Assembly (NCBI GenBank): GCA_018829965.1
Contig: JAHJTG010000005.1
Coordinates: forward strand, 49,558 to 113,557
Length of the DNA stretch: 64,000 nucleotides
Source of the DNA: Patescibacteria group bacterium
Lineage (GTDB): Bacteria > Patescibacteriota > Minisyncoccia > Minisyncoccales > Staskawiczbacteraceae
Direction: 5' to 3'
Below are positions 8,283 through 19,651 of this stretch, in pieces (within the stretch, counting starts at the first letter, position 1; the number at the start of each line of letters is the position of its first letter). A model generated the notes under the pieces. That model saw only the letters and a program-made list of their open reading frames with translations, had not been told where the DNA came from and ran no database searches. Position numbers and translations under genes: made by a program.

Positions 8283-10487
8283 CTACACTTTTTCCCATTC
8301 ATCGCTCTCATCATTTCCCTCCATATCACCAGTCCCCTCTGGCGGCTGCTCAATCGTAATATCAGTTTTTTCACCAAAAACTTCTCTTGACTTTGCTCCA
8401 TCTGCGGGCCCCACTATTCCTCTTTCTTCCAACGTATCAATAAGTCGGGCTGCCCTAGCGTATCCGATTTTTAGTCTTCTTTGTAAAAATGATGCGGAGG
8501 CTTTTTTGGTTTCTAAAATTATACGCTTACTCTCTTCAAACAAAGGGTCATTCTGGTCAAAAACCATTTTACCAGCTTCTCTTTCTTCCGAAGCCTCTAA
8601 TTGATCCTGTAAACTCTGCGCAAGAAATGATGCCGTAGAATTATCTGTTTTCCCATTTTGTTTCCCAATAAATTCAGCAACTTTTCTAACATCTTCCTCT
8701 GGGACATAAGGTCCCTGAAGCCTTCTTGGCCTTATGGATTTAGCAGAAACAAAAAGCATATCTCCCGAACCCAATAATTTTTCTGCGCCACCCATATCTA
8801 AAACAGTTCTTGAATCAATTTGCGAAGCAACTTGGAAAGTTGCTCTTGAAGAAACATTAGCCTTAATTAAACCCGTTATAACCTCTACTGAAGGCCTTTG
8901 AGTGGCTAAAACTAAGTGTATGCCCGTAGCTCTTGCCATTTGGGCTAATCTTACAACTCCTGCCTCTATTTCCCTACCCTTTGATGCCATTAAATCTGCC
9001 AGCTCGTCAATAATTAAAACTATATATGGTAAAGTACGGCCTTCGGCGATTACTATTTTGTTTTTATTATAGGTATCAAGATTACGAGTTGGCACTTCAG
9101 AGAATACCTCAAATCTTCTTTCCATTTCTTTAACCAACCAGTTTAAGGCGTTTATGGTTTTATTGGCATCATATATAACCGGACATAGAAGGTGCGGCAG
9201 ATGATTATAGTGTTGGAATTCAACTCGTTTAGGGTCAACCATAATTATCCTCAAGTCTTTCGGAGAATTTTTGTATAATAAACTAAGAATTAAACTATTC
9301 AAGAATATTGTTTTTCCTGTGCCAGTGGACCCTGCCACCAAAAGATGGGGCATTTCTGCCATATCAGCATATGTTGCGATGCCAGATACATTACGGCCTA
9401 AAACAAATAAAAGCGGAGATATTGAATTTTGAAAAGAGGGGTCGGCGATTAAATTTCTTAAAGAAACAATTGACCTTACTTTGTTAGGCACCTCAATGCC
9501 AACCAATGATTTCCCAGGTATCGGAGCTTCAATCCTGATTGGATGAGCAGCCAAAGCAAGAGACAAATTATTAGTTAAAGTAGTAATTTTAGAAAGCTTT
9601 ACCCCTTCTGCCGGCTTGAAAGCATATTGGGTAACGGTAGGGCCCACATTAGCTTCTACCATTTCAACTGAAATACCGAAATTTTCTAAAGTTTTTTGGA
9701 TTATTATTGAATTTTGCTTTATGTTTCCGCTGGTTGGACTTCCCTCATTTTTAGAAAGCAAATCAATCGGCGGCAAAATATACTGCTCTTTATTTTTTGA
9801 TAATTTTTTATTATTTGTTTTTAGTTCTTCGTTTTTAGCGTTTTTAAATAAAGATATCTTCGGTTGAGCATCTGGGCTTACTTTATTTTCTTCTTCAATC
9901 TCTTTTATTTTAAGCGATGTTAGTTTTTTGAATTTCGTAATTCTTGAAAGCAGAGATGGTTTCTCTTCTTTCTCTTCTTCTGATATTTTTTTAAGATGCC
10001 AAAGAGATTGAAAAAATATTACAAGGCCAATAACAATTACTGCGCCAAAAACTATATTAGCTACTAATAAACCGAACGAACTAACTATTATTTGCGCCAT
10101 CAAATACCCCAACCAACCGCCCTCTTTTAGGTTTAGATTTTGAGAACCTAAAACTCCTGCTATTCCAAAAATTAAAACAAAAATACCCAAAAATGTAGGT
10201 ATTAATTTTCCTCTATGCTTTGGTTTCAAAAATATTAGACCGCTTAAAAGAAAAAGAAAGGGTATAGTAAATACTGTCTGGCCGATTAGAAATTTAGCTC
10301 CTTTTAAAAATAACTCACCACCCCTGCCTGCCTTATCTAAAAAGCTCAGACTGACAATTACTGCCACTAAAAACATTATAGTGGCTTTAATCCACCTTTT
10401 GGTCCGAGAATTTAAAAGAGGAGCTTTTATTTTTTCCTCTTTTTTCTGTAATTTTTGGTTGTTTTTATTCTTTTTATCCTTAGCCAT
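8283..10487 (-). CDS. ftsK: DNA translocase FtsK/SpoIIIE
   Basis: N-terminal TM segments, GSTGTGKT, IIDELADLM, ATQRPS, gamma domain SFLQRRLKIGYARAARL. Confidence 0.95.
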   Translation of the reverse strand: MAKDKKNKNNQKLQKKEEKIKAPLLNSRTKRWIKATIMFLVAVIVSLSFLDKAGRGGELFLKGAKFLIGQTVFTIPFLFLLSGLIFLKPKHRGKLIPTFLGIFVLIFGIAGVLGSQNLNLKEGGWLGYLMAQIIVSSFGLLVANIVFGAVIVIGLVIFFQSLWHLKKISEEEKEEKPSLLSRITKFKKLTSLKIKEIEEENKVSPDAQPKISLFKNAKNEELKTNNKKLSKNKEQYILPPIDLLSKNEGSPTSGNIKQNSIIIQKTLENFGISVEMVEANVGPTVTQYAFKPAEGVKLSKITTLTNNLSLALAAHPIRIEAPIPGKSLVGIEVPNKVRSIVSLRNLIADPSFQNSISPLLFVLGRNVSGIATYADMAEMPHLLVAGSTGTGKTIFLNSLILSLLYKNSPKDLRIIMVDPKRVEFQHYNHLPHLLCPVIYDANKTINALNWLVKEMERRFEVFSEVPTRNLDTYNKNKIVIAEGRTLPYIVLIIDELADLMASKGREIEAGVVRLAQMARATGIHLVLATQRPSVEVITGLIKANVSSRATFQVASQIDSRTVLDMGGAEKLLGSGDMLFVSAKSIRPRRLQGPYVPEEDVRKVAEFIGKQNGKTDNSTASFLAQSLQDQLEASEEREAGKMVFDQNDPLFEESKRIILETKKASASFLQRRLKIGYARAARLIDTLEERGIVGPADGAKSREVFGEKTDITIEQPPEGTGDMEGNDESDEWEKV

Positions 10488-10568
10488 TTTTTATATAATT
10501 ATACCATATTCTTATCCCGTTGAAAGCTCTAACATCAGAACCTTACTTCATAAATCCGTAAACAAATT

Positions 10569-10919
10569 TTAGGCAAACTTCCCCAATAATATTAAAGACG
10601 CTATGGCTCCTATAATCCCAATCATCTCGTAAATATTTATTGGTTCCTTAAAATAGAATGTTCCAATAATAACTAAAAATAGTATTGTTGAAACTGCGTA
10701 AAAAACACCAAGCGTTGCTAATTTTATATTTTTCATCACAAAAAACCAACCGAAGGCTGTTGATGCATAAATCAAAAAGCCAACAATAAACCACCTTAAC
10801 TCAATAAATCTCTTTCCCTCTCCAGCAAGATTTATAAAAAAATCTCCTACTACTCCTATTAACGCTAAAACTATTGCGCCTATTAAATAAATTAATTTCG
10901 CAATAAATATTACTTTATT
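10569..10919 (-). CDS. small DMT/SMR-like membrane protein (start uncertain)
   Basis: Frame stays open from 10919 to the stop at 10569, about 4 hydrophobic segments, FKEPIN..IGII motif; no ATG at the expected start. Confidence 0.55.
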   Translation of the reverse strand, partial: NKVIFIAKLIYLIGAIVLALIGVVGDFFINLAGEGKRFIELRWFIVGFLIYASTAFGWFFVMKNIKLATLGVFYAVSTILFLVIIGTFYFKEPINIYEMIGIIGAIASLILLGKFA

Positions 10920-11087
10920 CTATCAAAAAATCGCTCGGCACGGAAGCACATATAATTTAATACCCCATCCTTTTGGGATGAGGCATTATTCTACTTTCTA
11001 TTTTCCCTGCCCGCATTGCTACGCCAGCCCGCAGTAGATACAGCGTTTCTGGCGGGCAAAGCGTTGCAGGCGAGTACTTTCTATTTT

Positions 11088-14000
11088 CTACTTCTTTAAA
11101 ATAAACCCTGTTCCAACCGGAATAAGCTTGCCGATAATTACATTCTCTTTTAACCCGCGGAGCTTGTCTTCTTTCCCTTCCAAAGCCGCCTTGATTAAGA
11201 CACGTGAAGTTTGTTGAAAAGAAGCAGCTGATAAGAAGCTCTCTGACGCCAAAGCCACCTCGGAAATACCGAGCAACATTTGTCGGCCGATAAGAGCTTT
11301 CTTGTTATGTTTCTTTAAATAATCGTTTTCTTCTGCAAAAGTTGCTCCGTCAATAATTTCACCTTTCATCCATTCGCTATCTCCTTCTTCTTTTACTTTC
11401 ATACGAGAAAACATTTTTTGAATAATCATTTCAATATGCTTATCGTGGATATCTACTCCTTGAGAAGAATATATTTTTTGAACTTCTTTTATAATATAAC
11501 GCTGCGCCTCTTCTGCTCCGACTGACTTGTATAATTTTTTGAGATCCAAACTCCCTCCACATAAAGGCTGACTCTCGTAAACCATATCTCCTTGCCTGAC
11601 TAAAATAGCGACTCTGCCAGGAATTTTATACTCCACCACATCTTTCTTTCCGGCAGATTTCTTGCCGCTTGATTCAATTTTAACAATCCTATTCTCTTCA
11701 TCAACTTTCGAAACTTTGCCTTCGGTTAAAGACATTACTGCCTCGCCTTTTGGAACTCTAGCTTCAAAGATTTCTTCTACTCTAGGCAAACCTTGAGTAA
11801 TATCACCTGCTCCAGCAACACCGCCTAAATGATGGGTTCTTAAAGTTAATTGCGTTCCAGGTTCACCAATTGCTTGAGCTGCAACTACTCCCACTGCTTC
11901 TCCTAAATTCACTAATTTATTCCTGCCAAGGTCCCAACCATAGCAATGCCGACAAAATCCTCTTAGAGTTTTACAGGTTAAGGGAGTACGAACTGCTACT
12001 TTTTCAATTTTCTCTTTGTCTATTATATCTGCCTTTTTCCAATCAATAATTTCTCCTTTTTTAACTATAATAGTATTGCCTTTTTTGATATCTTCTACGA
12101 CAACGCGCCCTACTATTTTAAAAGTGAATTTTTGTTCTATGTCATCGGCATCTTTTCTTAAAATAACTGTGCCCTTTTTATCTTTACAATCTTCCTCAGT
12201 AATTATCATATCGTGAGCAACATCAACTAAACGACGAGTCAAATATCCTGCTGAAGAAGTTCTTAAAGCAGTATCTGCCGTACCTTTTCTAGCGCCATGA
12301 GTTGAAATAAAATATTCCAAAACATTAAACCCTTCCGTAAAAGAAGACTTTACCGGCAATTCAATAATATCGCCTGCCGGATTATTAACCAAACCTTTCA
12401 TACCAGCCATTTGAACCGGTTGAGCCCAAGTACCGCGAGCCCCTGCGCTGATTATGGACATAACCGAACCGTCTTGAGGCAATGTTTCTTTTAACAAAAC
12501 CTCTAATCTTGATTTAACTGTCTGCCAGATAAGAATAATTTGAGCTGTTTTTTCTTCCTTTGAAAGAAGGCCTTTTTTATAATAACTATTAATTTTTTCT
12601 ACTTCTTTTTCAGCACCGTCCATTAATTTTCCTTTTTGAGGCGGAACTATTAAATCATCCATTCCCCAACTAAAGCTTGCCAAAGTTGAATATTCAAATC
12701 CCAAATTTTTTATTTTATCTAAAATATTTACGCATTCTTCGTTTGAGTAATTGTTAACAAACTCACGAACAAGATTTTTTAATCCCTTGTTATCAATTAA
12801 TTTATTTACATATTCATGGTCTGCCGGCAAGCTCATATTTAAAATAAGCCTTCCAACACTTGTTTCAATCATTTCCTTATTTTTAGACTTAGGGTTAGGA
12901 ACTTTTATTTTTTCTTGTAGTTTTATAAAACCAGAGTCATAAGCAATAATAGCTTCTGAAACGCTGGACAATACTCTAATTTGTTTTTCATCTATTTTTA
13001 TTTTATCCGCTTCTTTCATCGTATCCTCTTTCATTTTTGTAAGAGAATAACATCCCAAGGCAATATCACGAAACGGCCCCATTATAGGTAAACCAGTAGC
13101 TGGTCTTAAAAGATTGGACTGCGAGAACATAATTTCCCTTGCTTCTTTTTGCGCTTCATCTGACAATGGCAAATAAACCGCCATTTGATCTCCATCAAAA
13201 TCAGCATTAAATGCCTCACAAACCAAAGGATTAATCCTTATAGTTTCTCCTTCAATTAAAACTGGCTGGAACGCCTGAATACCTAATCTATGAAGGGTTG
13301 GCGCGCGGTTTAATAAAACTAATTTATTCTGAATCACTTCTTCTAAAATAGCCCAAACTTCGGATGTTTTATCTTCAATTAATCTGGTTGCGCCTCTGAT
13401 ATTATAGGCTAATTCTTTGTCTAAAATTCTTTTAATAACAAAGGGTTTAAAAATTTCTAAAGCCATATTTTTTGGTAAACCGCATTGATAGAACTTAAGA
13501 TTTGGCCCAACAGTAATAACTGATCTTCCTGAATAATCCACGCGTTTGCCCAAAAGATTTTGGCGGAATCTACCTTGTTTTCCAGCCAACATCGCCGCTA
13601 AAGACTTTAAAAGCCTTTTTCCTCCTGTTGTTGCGGTAGTAGTTACGCCTTTTCTCATTTCATTATCAATCAAAGCATCTACTGCTTCCTGTAACATTCT
13701 TTTCTCATTTCTGACAATAACGCTTGGAGCTAAAATTTCTAAAAGATATTTTAAACGATTGTTTCTATTAATTACTCTGCGGTATAAATCATTAAGGTCT
13801 GAAGAGGCATATCTGCCACCATCTAATTGAACCATTGGCCTTAAATCAGGAGGCAAAACCGGCAAGACTGTTAAAAACATCCACGCTGGTTTAATATCAG
13901 CTTTTATCATTCCTTGAAAAAGTTTTAATCTTCTTAAAATTCGTTTTCTGTTAGCTGGCTCTAAGGTTTTGCTTTCTTTTATAAGTTCTTCTGTCGCTTT

Positions 14001-14672
14001 CTTTAAATCAATCCCTTCAAAAATTGCTCGGATGGTTTCAGCGCCGGTTCCTGCTTCAAAAATTTCTCCGTATTTTAAAGATAATTCATGATAAACAACT
14101 TCTGATAAAATTCTTAAAAGCTTGATCTCCATAACTTCCTCTCTTGCCTTATCCATGGCCTGTTTTAATTCTTGTTTTACGGCAGCAGAAGCTCCTTTAG
14201 CTTTTCTTTTATATTCTTGTTCTACATCTTCTAAAATTTTCTTTCTCGCATCTTCGTTGACCTTAGTAATAATATATGAAGAAAAATAAATAACTTTTTC
14301 TAATTGTTGGGAAGATTTATTTAAAACTAACCCCATTCTTGAAGGAACCCCCCTTAAGAACCAGATGTGGGAAACCGGAGCAGCTAATTTAATATGCCCC
14401 ATTCTTTCCCTTCTGACTTGAGATTTAGTGACCTCAACCCCACAACGATCACAAACCACACCTTTATAACGAATGCGTTTATATTTTCCGCAAGCGCATT
14501 CATAATCTTTTTCAGGACCGAAAATCTGCTCTCCAAAGAGACCATCTTTTTCCGGCTTTTGCGTTCTATAATTAATCGTTTCCGGCCTTATTACTTCTCC
14601 GTGACTCCATGATAGAATTTCTTCCGGAGAAGCGATTTTTATTCTGATTGCTTCAAGGTCTAATACACGCAT
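11088..14672 (-). CDS. rpoC: RNA polymerase beta' subunit
   Basis: NADFDGDQM, Zn-binding CACGKYK, GEPGTQLT. Confidence 0.98.
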   Translation of the reverse strand: MRVLDLEAIRIKIASPEEILSWSHGEVIRPETINYRTQKPEKDGLFGEQIFGPEKDYECACGKYKRIRYKGVVCDRCGVEVTKSQVRRERMGHIKLAAPVSHIWFLRGVPSRMGLVLNKSSQQLEKVIYFSSYIITKVNEDARKKILEDVEQEYKRKAKGASAAVKQELKQAMDKAREEVMEIKLLRILSEVVYHELSLKYGEIFEAGTGAETIRAIFEGIDLKKATEELIKESKTLEPANRKRILRRLKLFQGMIKADIKPAWMFLTVLPVLPPDLRPMVQLDGGRYASSDLNDLYRRVINRNNRLKYLLEILAPSVIVRNEKRMLQEAVDALIDNEMRKGVTTTATTGGKRLLKSLAAMLAGKQGRFRQNLLGKRVDYSGRSVITVGPNLKFYQCGLPKNMALEIFKPFVIKRILDKELAYNIRGATRLIEDKTSEVWAILEEVIQNKLVLLNRAPTLHRLGIQAFQPVLIEGETIRINPLVCEAFNADFDGDQMAVYLPLSDEAQKEAREIMFSQSNLLRPATGLPIMGPFRDIALGCYSLTKMKEDTMKEADKIKIDEKQIRVLSSVSEAIIAYDSGFIKLQEKIKVPNPKSKNKEMIETSVGRLILNMSLPADHEYVNKLIDNKGLKNLVREFVNNYSNEECVNILDKIKNLGFEYSTLASFSWGMDDLIVPPQKGKLMDGAEKEVEKINSYYKKGLLSKEEKTAQIILIWQTVKSRLEVLLKETLPQDGSVMSIISAGARGTWAQPVQMAGMKGLVNNPAGDIIELPVKSSFTEGFNVLEYFISTHGARKGTADTALRTSSAGYLTRRLVDVAHDMIITEEDCKDKKGTVILRKDADDIEQKFTFKIVGRVVVEDIKKGNTIIVKKGEIIDWKKADIIDKEKIEKVAVRTPLTCKTLRGFCRHCYGWDLGRNKLVNLGEAVGVVAAQAIGEPGTQLTLRTHHLGGVAGAGDITQGLPRVEEIFEARVPKGEAVMSLTEGKVSKVDEENRIVKIESSGKKSAGKKDVVEYKIPGRVAILVRQGDMVYESQPLCGGSLDLKKLYKSVGAEEAQRYIIKEVQKIYSSQGVDIHDKHIEMIIQKMFSRMKVKEEGDSEWMKGEIIDGATFAEENDYLKKHNKKALIGRQMLLGISEVALASESFLSAASFQQTSRVLIKAALEGKEDKLRGLKENVIIGKLIPVGTGFILKK

Positions 14673-14718
14673 GGGATTATTATTTATTATTTAGGGTTTA
14701 GTATTTAGGGTTTAGGGT

Positions 14719-17700
14719 TTAGGGTTTATGGTCTCTACGAATTTTTTCTTTAACTTCAACGCTTAAACCTATTGATTTTAATTCAGCCAACAAAAGGTTA
14801 AAAGATGCGGGAATATTTGGGTTCTTGATTGGTTCTCCTCTTAGAATTGATTCATAGGCTGATGCCCTTCCAATGACATCATCTGATTTAATAGTAAGCA
14901 TTTCTTGCAAAATATGAGCTGCACCATATCCTTCTATTGCCCAAACTTCCATTTCTCCAAATCTCTGACCGCCAAATTGAGCTTTACCCCCTAAAGGTTG
15001 TTGTGTAATCAAAGAATAAGGACCAATAGAACGGGCGTGGATTTTGTCGTCAACCATATGGATAAGTTTCATTACATACATATATCCAACAGTAATTAAT
15101 CTTGGAAAAGGCAGACCAGTTCTTCCATCGTATAAAATTGTTTGTCCTGATTCAGGGAGACCCGCTCTTTTAAGTTCTCCTTTAATATCAGCTTCGTTAG
15201 CGCCAAGCAAAGCTGGCGAAATTGCAAGATAATTTAATTTATGGGCTGCCCAGCCTAAATGGGTTTCAAGAATTTGACCCAAATTCATTCTCGATGGTAC
15301 CGAAAGAGGGCTTAAAACTATTTCAACTGGAGTACCATCGGCCAAAAATGGCATCTCTTCTTGGGGAAGAACTCTTGAAATAACTCCTTTATTGCCGTGA
15401 CGGCCGACTAATTTATCACCAACCTTAACTTTTCTTATTTCAGCAACTTCAACTTGGATTCTTTTTATTACTCCCGGCTCTAGTTTATGGCCTAAATCTC
15501 TTGAAAAGATTTTAACATTAATCACTTTACCTTTTTTGCCATGCTCCATTCTCAAAGAAGCATCTTTAACGTCTTTAGCTTTGTCCCCAAAAATTGCCCT
15601 GAGTAATCTTTCTTCTGGAGTTAATTCTGCCTCCCCTTTTGGTGAAATTTTACCGACTAAAATATCGTTTGGCCCAACTTCTGCCCCAATTCTAATTACT
15701 CCTTCTTCATCTAAGTCTTTTAATTTATCTTCGCCGACATTAGGAATATCACAAGTAGTAACTTCGGGCCCTAATTTTGTTTCTCTTACATCGCAAGTAA
15801 ATTCCTCAATATGAATAGAGGTAAAAAAATCCTCTTTAACCAATTTTTCAGAAATAATAATTGAATCTTCAAATCCTCCACCGCGCCAGCACATAAAAGC
15901 GACTAAAACATTTCTTCCCAAAGCTAGTCTTCCATTTGAGATAGAAGCCCCATCGTTTAAAACATCTCCCTTTTTAAATTGAGCTCCCTTTTTTACTGCT
16001 GGTTTTTGATGGAAGCAAGTATATTGATTCGTTCTAACAAAAGTTTGAAAATCATATTCTTCAGTTTTCTTCTGCCCGCCTATTTCTAATTCTATTTTAA
16101 TAGAATTGGCATCTACTTCTTTAACTTTTCCTGCCCCCTTTGCCACTATTGCTTGACCAGAATCTCGAGCTATATTCCTTTCAACTCCAGTGCCGATTAA
16201 AGGCGGCTCTGGAAATATCAAGGGCACTGCTTGACGCTGCATATTTGAACCCATAAGGGCCCTTGAAGCATCGTCGTTTTGCAAAAACGGAATTAAAGAA
16301 GTGGCAATACTAATGAATTGCTTTGAAGAAACATCTATATAATTTACTTTTGAAATTTCGACTTCAGCTGGTTCTCCCTTTACCCTTGCCTCAACTTTAT
16401 TTGGCAGAATTTCTGGGAGTATTTTCCCTTTTTCATCAATAGGAACCGAAGCTGGAGCAATTATATATTTTTCTTCTTCTTGGGCAGTAAGATAACAAGC
16501 TTCATCAGTCACTCTCCCATCTTTAACTTTGAAATAAGGAGTTTCAATAAAACCATATGGATTTACTCTGGCAAAAGAAGCTAAGTGCCCAACTAAACCT
16601 ACGTTAGGGCCTTCTGGCGTTTGTATCGGGCAAATTCTTCCATAATGAGATGGCTGTACGTCTCTAACCTCAAAACCCGCTCTTTCTCTTGTTAAGCCAC
16701 CAGGACCAGTTGTTGTTAATCTTCTTTTATGTTCCAACTCGGCCAATGGATTTTCATTATCCATAAATTGGGAAAACTGGGAAGAAGTATAAAATTCTTT
16801 AATAACAGCCATAAATGGTCTTGGATTTATGACTTGATTGGGCGTAATAGTCGATGGATCTAAGGTAGACATTTTATCTTTAATAATCCTTTCCATACGC
16901 ATTAAACCAACCCTTAGCCTATTTTGTAAAAGTTCGGCCATTGTCCTTACTCTTCTATTTCCCAAATGGTCTACCTGGTCAGGAGTTGCATTCGGGTCAT
17001 TATTCAATCTGATAATTTCTTTTATGACTTCGGACAAATCTTCGATTTTTAAAGTCCTATCTTCTTTAGTGACTTCTTTGTCTACATTTGCATCAGTTAT
17101 GCGGGCAGGTTTTTTTGCCGGCGCAATATCCGGGAGCCTTTGCCATGTTTTCCAACGGCCTACTTTAGACAAATCATATCTGTCAAAATTAAAAAACATA
17201 TTAAAAATCAAATCTTGAGCAGTGTCGGGAGTAACTAAATCTCCAGGCCTCAATCTTCTATAAATTTCTACCAATGCTTCTTTTTGGTCAGCGCAAGTTT
17301 CCCTTTTTAAAGTTTCTTGAATGTATTTAATTTCTCCGTTATCTATTTTTTCAAATTCTTTTTTAATTTTTTCTATATTTTCTAAACCCAAAGCCATCAA
17401 TAAAGTTGTTGCCGGAACTTTTCTTTTGCGGTTAATTTTAACTCCGATAAATCCCGATTCTTCTGTTTCAAATTCTAACCAAGCTCCGCGATTAGGAATT
17501 ATTTTTGCTCCAAAATGTTTTTTACCGCGAATACTTTTCGCAGTAAAAAACGCTCCGGGAGAACGAATAAGTTGAGAAATAACCACCCTTTCTACTCCGT
17601 TTAAAACAAAAGTGCCCCTTTCGGTCATAAGAGGAAAATCAGCGAGAAATACTTCTTGTTCTTTTATTTCTTTGGTTTTAAGATTAACTAATTTAATTTT

Positions 17701-17970
17701 AACTCTTAATGGAGCCTCTAAAGAATCGTTATTCTTTTTAGCCTCTAGGCCGTTCTTATAATTTTGTTTATCTAATTTATAGTCCGAAAACCAAAGCTGA
17801 AATTCCTTTCCAGTATAATCTGTGATTGGAGATATTTCTTCAAAAAGCTCTTTTATTCTTACGTCCCAAAAATCGTTCCAGACTTGTTTTTGTAAATTTA
17901 ACAAATTAGGAAGCGAAAAAACAAGCTTAGATTTAGAGAAATTTTTTATTTGGATAGAATCTTTCTCCAT
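14719..17970 (-). CDS. rpoB: RNA polymerase beta subunit
   Basis: GDKLVGRHGNKG, GGQRFGEMEVWA, RALMGSNMQRQA. Confidence 0.98.
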   Translation of the reverse strand: MEKDSIQIKNFSKSKLVFSLPNLLNLQKQVWNDFWDVRIKELFEEISPITDYTGKEFQLWFSDYKLDKQNYKNGLEAKKNNDSLEAPLRVKIKLVNLKTKEIKEQEVFLADFPLMTERGTFVLNGVERVVISQLIRSPGAFFTAKSIRGKKHFGAKIIPNRGAWLEFETEESGFIGVKINRKRKVPATTLLMALGLENIEKIKKEFEKIDNGEIKYIQETLKRETCADQKEALVEIYRRLRPGDLVTPDTAQDLIFNMFFNFDRYDLSKVGRWKTWQRLPDIAPAKKPARITDANVDKEVTKEDRTLKIEDLSEVIKEIIRLNNDPNATPDQVDHLGNRRVRTMAELLQNRLRVGLMRMERIIKDKMSTLDPSTITPNQVINPRPFMAVIKEFYTSSQFSQFMDNENPLAELEHKRRLTTTGPGGLTRERAGFEVRDVQPSHYGRICPIQTPEGPNVGLVGHLASFARVNPYGFIETPYFKVKDGRVTDEACYLTAQEEEKYIIAPASVPIDEKGKILPEILPNKVEARVKGEPAEVEISKVNYIDVSSKQFISIATSLIPFLQNDDASRALMGSNMQRQAVPLIFPEPPLIGTGVERNIARDSGQAIVAKGAGKVKEVDANSIKIELEIGGQKKTEEYDFQTFVRTNQYTCFHQKPAVKKGAQFKKGDVLNDGASISNGRLALGRNVLVAFMCWRGGGFEDSIIISEKLVKEDFFTSIHIEEFTCDVRETKLGPEVTTCDIPNVGEDKLKDLDEEGVIRIGAEVGPNDILVGKISPKGEAELTPEERLLRAIFGDKAKDVKDASLRMEHGKKGKVINVKIFSRDLGHKLEPGVIKRIQVEVAEIRKVKVGDKLVGRHGNKGVISRVLPQEEMPFLADGTPVEIVLSPLSVPSRMNLGQILETHLGWAAHKLNYLAISPALLGANEADIKGELKRAGLPESGQTILYDGRTGLPFPRLITVGYMYVMKLIHMVDDKIHARSIGPYSLITQQPLGGKAQFGGQRFGEMEVWAIEGYGAAHILQEMLTIKSDDVIGRASAYESILRGEPIKNPNIPASFNLLLAELKSIGLSVEVKEKIRRDHKP

Positions 17971-17971
17971 A

Positions 17972-18104
17972 CTCCGTTAGAAGTCCTCTACGAAAAAATT
18001 TTATTTTAAAATTTTTTCTAATCTTCGGGACAAGTTATTATTTAATATCTTCTTCTTTACCTCGATAAAAAATCTTGATTGCAATTGTCAGACTTCTAAC
18101 GGGG
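17972..18104. mobile_element. ~130-bp MITE-like element with CCCCGTTAGAAGT terminal inverted repeats
   Basis: ctccgttagaagtc ... gacttctaacgggg; same ends at 42110-42240 and 47983-48111. Confidence 0.65.
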
Positions 18105-18310
18105 CATATAAAACCACAAAAACCCTAAATACTTAGGGTATCTCCCGGCTCTACTTTTTAAAAAATTTGGAAGTTTTAAAAAGAGAACTATTTTTAGATA
18201 AGCAGGGTCGGGTATTTAATTTTAATTTATAATACTAACAAAAGATAAAGCACCTTTTTTTTGATACTATTCTATTATATTTATTTAAAGATTCTTGTCA
18301 ACCCCAAAGG

Positions 18311-19627
18311 TCATTCTGTTCTCTCGCCTAGGGTAACTTCCACTGTTTTTTCTTCTTTATCCCTTAGAATTTTTAAACTAACTTTATCATTGGGGCTATA
18401 CTTCATAATAATTTTAACCAAAGAATTGTCTTGAGTAATCTTCTCTCCATTTAATTCTAAAATTACATCTCCTTCTTTTATTCCTGCCTTATCAGCGGCA
18501 GAATCTTTTGTGATAGCGACTTCACCCTTCGTACCCTTAATAATCCATGCGCCACAATCAACTGGCAAGTTGTTCTTTGTTTTTATTTCCTCGTTAATCA
18601 ACACATAACGAATTCCTAAAAACGGGTAGGTAATCTTGTTTCCTTCTGCTACTTGCTCAATATCTCTTTTTGCCTTATTTATCGGTATTGTAAAACTGAT
18701 ATTTTGCGCTGACTCGGCTATAGCAGTATTAATTCCAATTACCTCGCCTTTTAAATTCAAAAGCGGTCCGCCAGAATTTCCGAGATTAATTGCTGCATCT
18801 GTTTGAATAATATCTTCTAATGTTTCTGAAAAATTAGAATTGGCGCCGCTAGAAGCATTAATTGTTCTTCCTAACCCAGATATTACACCAACTGAAACTG
18901 TATTTCTAAATTCACCCAAAGCATTCCCGATTGCAATTACCGTCTGTCCGATTTGTAAATTATCAGAGTCGCCTAATTTAACAATCGGAAACGGTTTTGT
19001 GTCTTTGCCAATATTAATCTTAATTATGGCTAAATCTTGAACTGGGTCTTTTGCCAAAACCTTTGCCGGATATTTCTTGCCATCGGTGGTAAAAATCGTG
19101 TATTCTGCGGCATCATCTAAAACCACGTGCTTATTTGTTAAAATCATACCATCTTCAGAAATAATAAAACCAGAACCACCGCCTATTTCTTTTTTCTCCG
19201 TCCCCTTTTGGCGATATTGTGGAATCTGAATTTGGAAATCAGGACCTAATCCATCAAAGGGGTTATAATAATATTCCTCCATAATCGGAACATCTTTTGA
19301 GATAACAATACTAACCACTGCTGGAGAATACTGCTTTACAGTGTTTATAATCGCCTGTTCTTGTGATGCTTGAGGAATATACTCTTTAATTTCTTGATTA
19401 TTTTTTTCAATAATAGAAGGTATGGTTAAACCTAATTTTTCTAAACTATCCTTAAAGTGGATATAAAAATAACCGCTAGAGATAGTACCGAAGATAAAAC
19501 CTAGAAAAGACGACAAAATCACCACCCATAAAATTAACCAAGCAAAACGATTTTTGGGAAGCCTTTTTAAATAATTTTTGATTTTTGAAAAATCTATTTT
19601 GAAGTTGAACTGCGGTATTTCGTACAT
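18311..19627 (-). CDS. HtrA/DegP-like serine protease with PDZ domain
   Basis: N-terminal TM, LTNKHV, DLA, GNSGGPL, PDZ region. Confidence 0.93.
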   Translation of the reverse strand: MYEIPQFNFKIDFSKIKNYLKRLPKNRFAWLILWVVILSSFLGFIFGTISSGYFYIHFKDSLEKLGLTIPSIIEKNNQEIKEYIPQASQEQAIINTVKQYSPAVVSIVISKDVPIMEEYYYNPFDGLGPDFQIQIPQYRQKGTEKKEIGGGSGFIISEDGMILTNKHVVLDDAAEYTIFTTDGKKYPAKVLAKDPVQDLAIIKINIGKDTKPFPIVKLGDSDNLQIGQTVIAIGNALGEFRNTVSVGVISGLGRTINASSGANSNFSETLEDIIQTDAAINLGNSGGPLLNLKGEVIGINTAIAESAQNISFTIPINKAKRDIEQVAEGNKITYPFLGIRYVLINEEIKTKNNLPVDCGAWIIKGTKGEVAITKDSAADKAGIKEGDVILELNGEKITQDNSLVKIIMKYSPNDKVSLKILRDKEEKTVEVTLGERTE

Positions 19628-19651
19628 AATTTTTAAAATGAAATCGTAATT

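Noticed and set aside
14690-14728. TTTAGGG repeats resembling plant telomere sequence
   Set aside because: Only four copies at the rpoB-rpoC junction; they fit the genome's heptamer repeat family.
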